A program made the translations under genes and the position numbers. This document shows, in pieces, positions 11,211 through 20,112 of a stretch of DNA of 64,000 nucleotides. The notes under the pieces were generated by a model that ran no database searches, had not been told where the DNA came from, and saw only the letters and a list, made by a program, of their open reading frames with translations. This DNA is from a bacterium (GTDB lineage: Bacteria > Patescibacteriota > Minisyncoccia > Moranbacterales > DUUL01): the NCBI GenBank assembly GCA_018675685.1, contig JABGXP010000020.1, positions 37,680-101,679 on the forward strand, written 5' to 3'. Each line of letters begins with the position of its first letter. Within the stretch, counting starts at the first letter, position 1.

Positions 11211-11255
11211 TTTGAGTTTATGATGAAGAAGAAAGCAAGCTTCAAAAAACTAGGA

Positions 11256-11870
11256 TTATAAACCTTCTTTGCCCAATTTCATTTTAAGAAAGACTTGGTT
11301 ATTATTGTTTCTGTCAAAAAATACAAGTTCTTTCACCTCAATCTTTATTTCTTCTTCTTTTTTTAATAGAGCAATCTTTGTTTTTTGAAAAACTTCTTCA
11401 CCCATATCATTGCCAGCTACTGTGAAATGCGGAGAAAAAAACTCAAAGCAGAAATGATAGCCATGTTCATTGACATATTCTTTTTGTTTTCCTTTGAAAT
11501 TATTATTATTTTCATATTGATCTGGAATCCAAGGATCCTTATATTTAGCTATAATTTTCATGCAACCATCGTGTAATTTTTGCAGAGATAGATTTTTTTC
11601 AATATCTAAAAATATAAGTCTCCAAGGATAAAAGCCATATTTTGATAAACTTAATTTTAATGGGCTGATTGTGTTGCAAAATTTTTGAATTTCTTTTTGG
11701 AGCTTAGAAATATTTTGGTCTTGAATTTTAAAGTCTCCACGAACTGAAAAGTGGGGTTGAAAAGACAATGCATTCCCAGAAGAGCATTGTGAAGAAATTT
11801 CCTCGCTTATTCTCCGAATAATTTCAGAAGAAGCTTTATCTGGTAAACAAGCACAACTTAGAGTTTTCAT
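11256..11870 (-). CDS. 2H phosphoesterase superfamily protein (LigT/cyclic phosphodiesterase-like)
   Basis: Two H-x-(T/S)-x motifs, PHFSVRG and PHFTVAG, separated by about 110 aa. Confidence 0.6.
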   Translation of the reverse strand: MKTLSCACLPDKASSEIIRRISEEISSQCSSGNALSFQPHFSVRGDFKIQDQNISKLQKEIQKFCNTISPLKLSLSKYGFYPWRLIFLDIEKNLSLQKLHDGCMKIIAKYKDPWIPDQYENNNNFKGKQKEYVNEHGYHFCFEFFSPHFTVAGNDMGEEVFQKTKIALLKKEEEIKIEVKELVFFDRNNNNQVFLKMKLGKEGL

Positions 11871-11879
11871 GACGTTTTG

Positions 11880-12377
11880 TTAATTATTTTTTTTCAAATA
11901 TTTTTCAAGTCCAATAATGAGTTGAGGGCTGAATCTATTAGAATTTTCAGTAATTCTTTTTTGTAATCTTTCCAATGATACCCATTGCACAGAATCAATT
12001 TCTTCGGGATCGTAAACAATCTCTTTGTTTGTTTGTGCAGAGAATACAGCATTAAACACCCGATCATTTTTTTCACTTGGAGTTATCTTGAAAAGAAATT
12101 TGAATTTCAAATCAGTCAGTCCAAGTTCTTCTTTGGCTTCTCTTTCGATACACTCCTTATCTGATTCATCCCCCGTTGTTCCACTAACAGAAAATTCATA
12201 GACTCCCGGGAACCATTTTTTTGACACTGATCTTTTTTGGAGCAATAACTCACCTTCGTTATTGAAAAGAAGAAGGACGGAAGAGCGATGGTAGAGTTTA
12301 TCGGTGTAGAAATCTTCTCTTGAGCGCATCCCAATGGAATTGTCATCTTTGTCGATTTCAAGAATTAGTTCCGGCAT
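11880..12377 (-). CDS. Nudix hydrolase
   Basis: Nudix box GTTGDESDKECIEREAKEELGL. Confidence 0.75.
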   Translation of the reverse strand: MPELILEIDKDDNSIGMRSREDFYTDKLYHRSSVLLLFNNEGELLLQKRSVSKKWFPGVYEFSVSGTTGDESDKECIEREAKEELGLTDLKFKFLFKITPSEKNDRVFNAVFSAQTNKEIVYDPEEIDSVQWVSLERLQKRITENSNRFSPQLIIGLEKYLKKNN

Positions 12378-12403
12378 TGTAGAATATTATAAATTATTCA
12401 AAA

Positions 12404-12700
12404 TCATCCATTTAAAAGAAAACCTAGTAAATAGATTATAAAAAATCCACCAATAAAGTAAAGAAATGCTTTCATTCCCGCATCTTTTCCAGCAAAAATA
12501 GCATAGAAAGTGGAGAAGCCGAAACCCAAAAAAATAAAACCAAGAGAAATTGGCAACAAATCTCTTAGATAGTCTATTTTCTTTCCAAAAATTTCAAAGA
12601 AAAAGAAATCAGCGAAGAAAGCAAAGATTGAAAAGATTATCATAAATGCTCCCACGCGCTGGTTGATTTGGTAATCTACCTTCATTTTTGACATAGACAA
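12404..12700 (-). CDS. Small hypothetical membrane protein
   Basis: 98 aa with 2–3 hydrophobic helices. Confidence 0.4.
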   Translation of the reverse strand: MSMSKMKVDYQINQRVGAFMIIFSIFAFFADFFFFEIFGKKIDYLRDLLPISLGFIFLGFGFSTFYAIFAGKDAGMKAFLYFIGGFFIIYLLGFLLNG

Positions 12701-13170
12701 ATTTTATATTTATTAAATAGTTACTTATTTGTTGGCTCTTTCAATAGAGATGTTCTACGGATTCATTAGGTCACTTTTGTTTGTTTTCTTTTTTAAACTA
12801 AAATTTCCCCATCCTTCATTATAATTAGCGCAATAATCCCTGCTCTCACGAAAGTGATTTATTATAACTTAGTTATAAATTTTAGATATCTAGCTTTTTA
12901 GCCAAAAGATTCTCTAAGATAAATTCACCGTTTGGATATATTAGCAGTATGCAGTATTTTTATGATTCTTACCATTGACTTTACCCCCATTTCAAAGTAA
13001 GATTGGCTTAGATAAGTCCTATAAAAAGAATTTTTAGAATTGCTAGAACTTTAATCCTAAGGGGTAAAAAAGTTTCTCTATTATACCAATAATTGGTCTA
13101 CATTCGCAAATAAAATTGACGATTGTAGCGTAGAGAGTGCTAATGAAATTTGAGAAATTATAGACACAAA

Positions 13171-14955
13171 ATGAAGAATATCAGAAATTTTTGTATCATT
13201 GCGCATATTGATCACGGAAAGTCTACTTTAGCAGACCGTCTCTTGGAGATGACCGAGACGGTTGAAAAAAGAAAGATCTCTGAGCAGATGATGGACACCA
13301 TGGAGCTTGAACAGGAAAGAGGGATCACTATCAAGTTGCAACCAGCAACAATGAAGTATGGCGAATACACCTTGAATTTGATTGACACACCAGGTCATGT
13401 TGATTTTGGCTACGAAGTCTCTCGTTCTTTAGCGGCAGTGGAAGGTGCAGTTCTGTTGGTGGATTGTACACAAGGAGTACAAGCTCAGACTCTTGCAAAT
13501 CTATATCAAGCGATTGATCAGGATCTGGAAATTATCCCAGTGCTCAACAAAATAGACTTGCCAAATGCTGATATTGAGAAAACTAAGAAAGAAATTGTTC
13601 ACATTCTTGGCTGTAACCCCGACGACATTCTTTGTGTTAGTGGTAAGACTGGCGAAGGCGTTGAAAAGCTTTTGGAAGAAATTATTGAAAAAGTACCAGT
13701 TCCGGAAGGAAGACCGGAAGCACCTCTTCGAGCGATGATTTTCGATTCCAAATATGATTCATATAAAGGAGTTTTAGCATATGTAAGAATTGTCGATGGA
13801 GCTGTGAAGGCAGAAGATGACATTCGTCTTATGGTTGGTGGTAGAGATGCTCACATTATTGAAGTTGGAAAGTTCACACCAGCGCTTGAAAAATTGGATT
13901 TATTGAGTACAGGTGATATCGGATATATTGCGACTGGACTCAAAAGCGTTGATCAATGTAAGGTTGGTGACACAATTAGCTTCCAAACGAGCGTGAAAAA
14001 GGAAGAAGTAAAAACTCTACCAGGATACAAAGATGTGAGGCCAATGGTTTATGCAAGTTTTTATCCAACTGATGGAGAGGACTATAATCAATTTCGTGAT
14101 GCACTTGATAAATTGAAATTAAATGACGCAGCTTTAGTTTTTGAAGGGGAGAGCTCTATGGCTTTAGGTAGAGGCTTTCGGATTGGTTTTTTGGGGCTTT
14201 TGCACTTGGAGATCATTCGAGAACGACTCTTGAGAGAGTTTAATTTTGAACCGGTTATCACAACCCCGAGTGTTGTGTATGAAATTGTGCTTTCTAATGG
14301 AGAAGAGAAGAAGATTTACGCAGCAGCCGAAATGCCTGAGGCTAATGCAATTAAAGAGATTCGTGAGCCACATGTGAAATTAGACATCATTACCCCTTCT
14401 CAATATCTGGGCAATGTAATGGAGCTTGTCAGGAATGTGACAAGAGCTAAATATCTAAGCACAGAATATATTGATGAGACAAGACTAGTGCTTTCTTTTG
14501 ATGCGCCACTAGCGGAAGTGATCGTGAATTTACATGATGGAATTCAATCTGCTACCAGCGGATTTGCATCTTTTTCTTATGAAATGACAGGGTATGTGCC
14601 TGCTGATCTTGTTAGGATGGATATCTATGTAGCTGAGGAAAAAATTGAAGCATTTTCACAAATCGTGCCAAAAGAAAACGTTAACACTGAGGGGAATAGA
14701 ATTGTAAAAAAACTGAAAGATGTGATCCCTCGACAGAATTTTTTAGTTAAATTACAGGCTGCAATTGGTGGAAAATTCGTGGGACGTGAGAACATAACGC
14801 CGTATCGAAAAGATGTGACAGGACATCTCTATGGTGGTGACATTACTCGAAAAAGAAAACTTTTGGAAAAACAGAAAAGAGGGAAAAAGAGAATGAAGGG
14901 CGCAGGAAAAGTAGATATTCCACAAAAAGCATTTTTGGAAGTTTTGAAACGATAG
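13171..14955 (+). CDS. lepA: Elongation factor 4 (LepA)
   Basis: MKNIRNFCIIAHIDHGKSTLADRLL… G-domain and the LepA-specific C-terminus. The ORF is open from 13150 (ORF-track start; MRNYRHK-MKNIRNF), and the canonical LepA N-terminus begins at the in-frame ATG at 13171. Confidence 0.92.
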   Translation: MKNIRNFCIIAHIDHGKSTLADRLLEMTETVEKRKISEQMMDTMELEQERGITIKLQPATMKYGEYTLNLIDTPGHVDFGYEVSRSLAAVEGAVLLVDCTQGVQAQTLANLYQAIDQDLEIIPVLNKIDLPNADIEKTKKEIVHILGCNPDDILCVSGKTGEGVEKLLEEIIEKVPVPEGRPEAPLRAMIFDSKYDSYKGVLAYVRIVDGAVKAEDDIRLMVGGRDAHIIEVGKFTPALEKLDLLSTGDIGYIATGLKSVDQCKVGDTISFQTSVKKEEVKTLPGYKDVRPMVYASFYPTDGEDYNQFRDALDKLKLNDAALVFEGESSMALGRGFRIGFLGLLHLEIIRERLLREFNFEPVITTPSVVYEIVLSNGEEKKIYAAAEMPEANAIKEIREPHVKLDIITPSQYLGNVMELVRNVTRAKYLSTEYIDETRLVLSFDAPLAEVIVNLHDGIQSATSGFASFSYEMTGYVPADLVRMDIYVAEEKIEAFSQIVPKENVNTEGNRIVKKLKDVIPRQNFLVKLQAAIGGKFVGRENITPYRKDVTGHLYGGDITRKRKLLEKQKRGKKRMKGAGKVDIPQKAFLEVLKR

Positions 14956-15028
14956 AGCTTTTGCTTTGTCGTTTTTTTTCTTAATATCAAAAATAAGTGA
15001 GATAAAAATTTAAAATAAAAAGCTAAAA

Positions 15029-16540
15029 ATGTTCAAGGATTACAACCGACCAAATTATTCAAAAAGTGATCAACCAAAAGAAAATCGACGAAGGGAGGTC
15101 CCTGGTGAAAAGAAGATGGGGAGACGAACCTTCCTAAAAGCCACAGCTCTGATTGGCGCTAGTTTGGGGATTGGTAAATTCGCAATGAATCTTTTTGATG
15201 ATAAGGAAGTGGAGGATGACAATGAACAAGAAAGACTTGAAAAAGGTGAGCCAAGAGAAGAGTTGGCGACAGAAGGTCAACTGGAGATTGAGCGAGATGA
15301 TGAAAACATTATTGGTAGCACAATTGAAGAGCAGTTGAAGAAGAGCGAAAAAGTGACATTGAATATTGAAACTAAGAATGCTCTTCGCAAGAAATGGAAA
15401 GAAAGTTATGCAAAGAAACCAGTTGATTGTCCTGCAGAAGATAAGGAAACTGGGAGAAATCATCTTGGGCTCTTGCAATCAATGGAAAGAATGCAACCTT
15501 GGATTGCGGATATCAAAGCTGAATTTAGAAAAATTGGTGTTCCAGAGAAATTTGCATATCTTGCAATCCCAGAATCACATTTTGACGTCAATGGTAACTC
15601 CAGAGCGATGGCTAAGGGTCCGTATCAGTTTACAAAAGAAACTGCAAAGCTTTTCGAACTATCTGTTGGAAATGGAATTGATGAGCGTTGTGACCCAATC
15701 CAGAGCGCTAGAGCCTGTGCTGAACATTTAAAATATAGCTATGGAAGATTTAATGATGACTGGGAACTAGCCTTTGCCGACTATAATGGTGGTTTTACGA
15801 ATGATTATGCCAAGTTTCGTCCCAAGAAAGCAGATAGAAATTATGAAGATTATTTAGCTTGGCGAGAAGGGAGAATCAATAATTATATCGCAAAAGACCA
15901 CTATCAGCACAAGGTGAAGAAGAGCGACCAGAATCTAACAAAAATTTCTAGATTCTACGGAATTTCAGTTGCTGATATTATGGAAGCAAACGAGATGAAG
16001 GATGACCAAATCAATATTGGACAAGAATTGAAAATTCCAGCAACAACTTCTGTTAAAATGTTTAAATTGCGCGATTCCTTGGAGAATTTAAACTATCCAG
16101 AAAAATTCTATGCGGTGCTAGATGTAATTGAAGAAGAAGAACTGGAAAAACAGTTTCCTTCATCGCCAGTACAGTTCAATGTAGAAGAAGTTCCTAGGAT
16201 TAAAACAACAGATTTTTCATATAAAGTGAAAAAAGGAGATGGATTGTTTGCTATCGCAAGAAGGATCAAATCTGCAGCAGAAAAGAAAAGTTCCAAGATG
16301 AATCTTTCCATTTTACAGGTTCAGCGGTTTATCCAAGAACAAAACAAGATATCAAATCCTGGGAAAATATATCAGGGGCAGGAATTGAAAGTCAAATTGC
16401 CCTTAGAAGGAGGGGTCTCTCTTAACAAGATTGCACATGATCGCAGAATGTTGATTAAGGATTTGGAGTATTTAAACCCAGCCATTGTTGATTCGAAAGA
16501 AATTTTGTCTATAGGGAGGATTATTAGAACTCCAAAATAA
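15029..16540 (+). CDS. Lytic transglycosylase (SLT domain) with two LysM domains
   Basis: SLT catalytic region (…LAIPESHFDVNG…AKGPYQF…) and LysM repeats (…TKISRFYGISVADIM…; …YKVKKGDGLFAIARRI…). An alternative ATG start at 15116 gives a MGRRTFLKATALIGA twin-arginine-like signal. Confidence 0.75.
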   Translation: MFKDYNRPNYSKSDQPKENRRREVPGEKKMGRRTFLKATALIGASLGIGKFAMNLFDDKEVEDDNEQERLEKGEPREELATEGQLEIERDDENIIGSTIEEQLKKSEKVTLNIETKNALRKKWKESYAKKPVDCPAEDKETGRNHLGLLQSMERMQPWIADIKAEFRKIGVPEKFAYLAIPESHFDVNGNSRAMAKGPYQFTKETAKLFELSVGNGIDERCDPIQSARACAEHLKYSYGRFNDDWELAFADYNGGFTNDYAKFRPKKADRNYEDYLAWREGRINNYIAKDHYQHKVKKSDQNLTKISRFYGISVADIMEANEMKDDQINIGQELKIPATTSVKMFKLRDSLENLNYPEKFYAVLDVIEEEELEKQFPSSPVQFNVEEVPRIKTTDFSYKVKKGDGLFAIARRIKSAAEKKSSKMNLSILQVQRFIQEQNKISNPGKIYQGQELKVKLPLEGGVSLNKIAHDRRMLIKDLEYLNPAIVDSKEILSIGRIIRTPK

Positions 16541-16619
16541 TTTCATAATAAAAATATCTAACGCCTGTGTTGGTAGCCGTGATTTTTTCGGTTAATACAA
16601 TCTCTAAACAAAAAAAGAA

Positions 16620-16651
16620 AGTAGTCTAGGCCAAATTTGGCTCAGACTACT
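16620..16651. terminator. Bidirectional terminator hairpin between convergent genes
   Basis: AGTAGTCTAGGCCAAA/TTTGGCTCAGACTACT imperfect inverted repeat, flanked by A and T runs. Confidence 0.6.
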
Positions 16652-16657
16652 TTTCTG

Positions 16658-17014
16658 CTACGCAGCTCGGGTAAAAAGTTCCCCCGACTTCTTCAGGACA
16701 CCCCTTTCAGTATGAATTGAGAGGACTTGAGGGTGACCGTTTGAATCAATTTCTTGTTCAGGCAAAAGCTCAACTTTAAAGGCCATAAATGGTCCATCGC
16801 CATAGAACGATTGAGCTTTTTTGATCTCTCCGACCAGTTTCTCAAGGGACGCCATTCTTTTCTTGAAGTAAGTCGTAATATTGTCCCCAGCCACATCTTT
16901 CCGTATTAGAGTGGTTTTCATTTGTTCAAGGCACTCCTGGACGTCAGTTCTGAAATTAACAAAATTTTGTTGTCCAAAAACCTCATACTCATTTTTGTCG
17001 ATTACTTTGCTCAT
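16658..17014 (-). CDS. Hypothetical protein
   Basis: 118-aa ORF with no recognisable motif. Confidence 0.4.
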   Translation of the reverse strand: MSKVIDKNEYEVFGQQNFVNFRTDVQECLEQMKTTLIRKDVAGDNITTYFKKRMASLEKLVGEIKKAQSFYGDGPFMAFKVELLPEQEIDSNGHPQVLSIHTERGVLKKSGELFTRAA

Positions 17015-17176
17015 TTTTGTCTCCTCAAAGCTGCTATTGATTGAAAAAAGTGCTACTCACAGGTGAATATATTAGTATAATGTCATAAATATGTTATTTT
17101 GTCAAGAAAAATAAAAAGAAGCACAGAGCTTCTTTTGGAAAAGTTCAAAATGTTTTTAATTCAACCTCGATGGTTT

Positions 17177-17575
17177 TTAGATTTCAATAAATCCAAAATG
17201 TTTGAGAACTGGTGCAATGTTGGGCGCCACCCCTTCCTTTTCTAGTTTTTCAAGTGAAATCCAATCCCACTCCCGAACTTCTTCACCTGGAACAACCTCA
17301 CCAATCCTTTTCGAGAGAAAATGGACCAAAATCACATCAAGGATACCTTTTGGAGTTTCTTTTTTCGTGTAGAAGAGCAAAGGGTTTTCATCGAGAATTT
17401 CAATCTCGATTCCCAGCTCCTCCTTTGATCTTCTGATAGCAGTTTCAACTAAAGTCTCTCCCTCTTTTTGTTTCCCCCCACAAAACTTCCAAAATCTATC
17501 ATCACCTTGTCTATCAAGGAGTACTTTGTTTTCTTCAACAATGACTGGCCCTGACACAATGATTACTTTTTGCAT
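17177..17575 (-). CDS. Nudix hydrolase (MutT-like)
   Basis: Nudix box GGKQKEGETLVETAIRRSKEELGI. It lies 44 nt downstream of the elp3 homolog on the same strand. Confidence 0.75.
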   Translation of the reverse strand: MQKVIIVSGPVIVEENKVLLDRQGDDRFWKFCGGKQKEGETLVETAIRRSKEELGIEIEILDENPLLFYTKKETPKGILDVILVHFLSKRIGEVVPGEEVREWDWISLEKLEKEGVAPNIAPVLKHFGFIEI

Positions 17576-17618
17576 AGTCTTTGTGTTAATGGTTATGAAA
17601 AATATTTAAAATATTAAA

Positions 17619-19211
17619 TTATAACTTCTTTGTCATATATTCATTTTCAAGTTTATAGTCAAACTTTTTATAATACTCCCTAACCCCAACTCCCGAGATA
17701 ATCGCAATTTTTTCAAAACCAAACTCTTCTTTGCTAATAGACTCTGCTTTTTGAAGAAGCTTTCTCCCAAGACCGATATGTTGAGGTGACGAAGAATCCG
17801 TTTTATCTATTTTAGCAAGTTTTCCAAAAGTATGCACCTCTCGAATAAGAGCACTACCTGAAAGTGCTGGAATTATAGTTTCTAATGGATTGTTTTTTGG
17901 AGGAATACGAAGCCGTAACATAGCATATAGCTTCATTTTGTTTGGCGAAACGTATTGCAGGAAAATTTCTTTTCCCTTTGACGCCTTATAATCAATTCTG
18001 TCTAGAATGATTTTATCCTTTTTTGTAAAATCATCACGAACCTCGCGACAGCGGATGCACTCACAATGCACTTTTTCTTGTTGTAGAATTTGTCTCATAT
18101 TTGAAATATTTGGACCAGCTATAATTGATTCTTCTGGAATATCACGGATGAGACGAGTTATTCTTGTGTATTGTGGAATGATCGGTTTTATTTTTTTAAG
18201 TAACTGTTTGTTTTGAGAGTTAGTCAGTGGTGTATATTTTCCTTGTCTCCAAAGAGAAAAAAGTTCAGAATTGTTAGTAACGACACAAGGATATATCTTT
18301 ATTAGATCTGGAGCGAAGCGTTCATCAGAAAAGAGGGTTTTAAACATCATAAAATCTTTCTTCACATTGCTGCCATACATCCCAGGCATCAAATGATAAT
18401 TAACTTTAAATCCAGCATTCTTTAAAAGAGCAGTTGCCTTGGTCGTTGCTAGCGTGAGATGTCCACGTTTGTTTTTCTTTAAAACATCATCGAAAATAGT
18501 TTGAACACCAATTTCCACTCTTGTTGCACCAAATCTTCTGAATTTCAGAAGTTCTTTAGGTGTAATGAAATCCTGTCTAGTTTCTAAAGTAAGTCCAATG
18601 ATACGATTTTTTGCTTTTTCATTTCTGCTTTTTTCCTTTTCCAGAGAAACGCTTCCTTTTTTTTGTAATGAATTGCGCGGAAAATCGTTAGCTGCTCGGA
18701 AGCACTCTTTGATGAACCAAGATTGATATTGCGGAGGAAAGTGAGAAAATGTTCCTCCCATCACTATCAATTCGAGCTTATCAGTAGAGTGTCCATTAAG
18801 AGATAGCGCTCGCATTCTCGCATGCACTTGCTTGTATGGGTGAAAGCTTGTTTTAATGGCTCGCATCACAGCTGGCTCATTCGAAAGATAACTTTTCGGC
18901 ATGTTTTTTTCAGAGGGGCAGTAGATGCATTTTCCAGGACAGCTACTCGGCTTTGTTAAAACCGCAATAACCGCAACTCCTGACAGAGTGCGAATTTTTT
19001 TTGTAATAAGTAGTTTTCTGAGTGTTTCATTGGATCGCACTTCTCCTTTTTTGATCATTTCAAAATACACCTTATTAATTTCGGCATTTTTAATGAAAAC
19101 CTCCTTTTCTTCGATTGCGAATTCCTTCTTAATTTTCTCCAAAGATTTAATATCCGACAAAGGCGCGGAGAGAGCTTTCAAAATAAACTTTTTTATGTTA
19201 GATTTCTTCAT
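17619..19211 (-). CDS. elp3: Elp3-family radical-SAM/GNAT tRNA uridine(34) acetyltransferase homolog
   Basis: Radical-SAM Cys cluster CPGKCIYCP. Strong similarity to the eukaryotic/archaeal Elp3 core (…EPAVMRAIKTSFHPYKQVHARMRALSLNGHSTDKLELIVMGGTF…). C-terminal GNAT acetyltransferase domain. 530 aa. Confidence 0.8.
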   Translation of the reverse strand: MKKSNIKKFILKALSAPLSDIKSLEKIKKEFAIEEKEVFIKNAEINKVYFEMIKKGEVRSNETLRKLLITKKIRTLSGVAVIAVLTKPSSCPGKCIYCPSEKNMPKSYLSNEPAVMRAIKTSFHPYKQVHARMRALSLNGHSTDKLELIVMGGTFSHFPPQYQSWFIKECFRAANDFPRNSLQKKGSVSLEKEKSRNEKAKNRIIGLTLETRQDFITPKELLKFRRFGATRVEIGVQTIFDDVLKKNKRGHLTLATTKATALLKNAGFKVNYHLMPGMYGSNVKKDFMMFKTLFSDERFAPDLIKIYPCVVTNNSELFSLWRQGKYTPLTNSQNKQLLKKIKPIIPQYTRITRLIRDIPEESIIAGPNISNMRQILQQEKVHCECIRCREVRDDFTKKDKIILDRIDYKASKGKEIFLQYVSPNKMKLYAMLRLRIPPKNNPLETIIPALSGSALIREVHTFGKLAKIDKTDSSSPQHIGLGRKLLQKAESISKEEFGFEKIAIISGVGVREYYKKFDYKLENEYMTKKL

Positions 19212-19240
19212 AGAGACATTGAATAGATTAAGTAAAGAAA

Positions 19241-19933
19241 ATGAATAAACATTCTGAAATTAGAAAGGAGTTGAGAAAGTTTTATGATCAGGTGGCTGAA
19301 AATTTTTCAAGCACCAGGAAATATTGGTGGAGAGACCTTCACTTTATCAAAAAATATTTAAAAAGGGAAGGGAAGGTGCTAGATTTTGGCTGCGGAAATG
19401 GGCGGTTGCTGGATTTTCTCGAAGGAACAAAATTGAACTATACAGGAATTGACGCCTCAGGAAAATTAATTAAAATAGCTCAAAAAAAATATCCAGGCAA
19501 ATCTTTTTTGCAAATCGAAAATGAAGGGAGATTACCCTTTAAAGATAAAGAGTTTGACATGATTTTTTCCATCGCTGTTTTCCATCACTTTACACCAAAA
19601 ATGGCTGACAATGCCTTGGGAGAAATGAAAAGAATTTTGAAAGATGACGGAATTTTGATTTTAACAATTTGGAATCTTTGGAATGTGAAATATTTGAAAT
19701 TTCTATTCAAAAGTTTTTTAAAGGGAAGCATCAACTTGGCTGCAAGGATATCTTTTAAATACCAAGATCAGATTAAATGGAGATTTTGTTATTGGTGGAC
19801 GAAAAGGGGGATTTTGAAAAAAATGAATAATTTTGAATTTAAAATTATTGAGAGTGGTTTTACGTTTGGTCAAAAGAAGAAAACAAAAGAGAAGTTCAAG
19901 CGAAATATCTTTATTGTGGCAGGGAAAAAGTAG
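19241..19933 (+). CDS. Class I SAM-dependent methyltransferase (Methyltransf_11-like)
   Basis: Motif I VLDFGCGNGRLLDFL and a post-I acidic residue. It is divergently transcribed from elp3. Confidence 0.7.
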   Translation: MNKHSEIRKELRKFYDQVAENFSSTRKYWWRDLHFIKKYLKREGKVLDFGCGNGRLLDFLEGTKLNYTGIDASGKLIKIAQKKYPGKSFLQIENEGRLPFKDKEFDMIFSIAVFHHFTPKMADNALGEMKRILKDDGILILTIWNLWNVKYLKFLFKSFLKGSINLAARISFKYQDQIKWRFCYWWTKRGILKKMNNFEFKIIESGFTFGQKKKTKEKFKRNIFIVAGKK

Positions 19934-20112
19934 TCTTTAAAAAGTATTTTTTCTGAGAATTTAGAAATAAAAAAGAGGCAAAAAAAGTTTTTATAATATT
20001 GAGATTTATGGTACACTATTAAGTGAAACCTATGCAGTGTGTGTCAGTTGTAAAAGACTGGTATTTTGTGTAGTAAAAACATAAACAAAAATAGAATTAT
20101 CATAATTACGCA

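Noticed and set aside
13134-13142. Second copy of the CIRCE right arm GAGTGCTAA upstream of lepA
   Set aside because: The matching left arm is absent. TTGACGATT lies at the expected spacing and matches TTAGCACTC at only about 4/9 positions. An isolated 9-mer in 64 kb is near chance expectation.
14955-15028. Intrinsic terminator after lepA
   Set aside because: Only a T-run is present (…GTCGTTTTTTTTC), with a very weak 3-bp stem. It is not convincing as a hairpin terminator.
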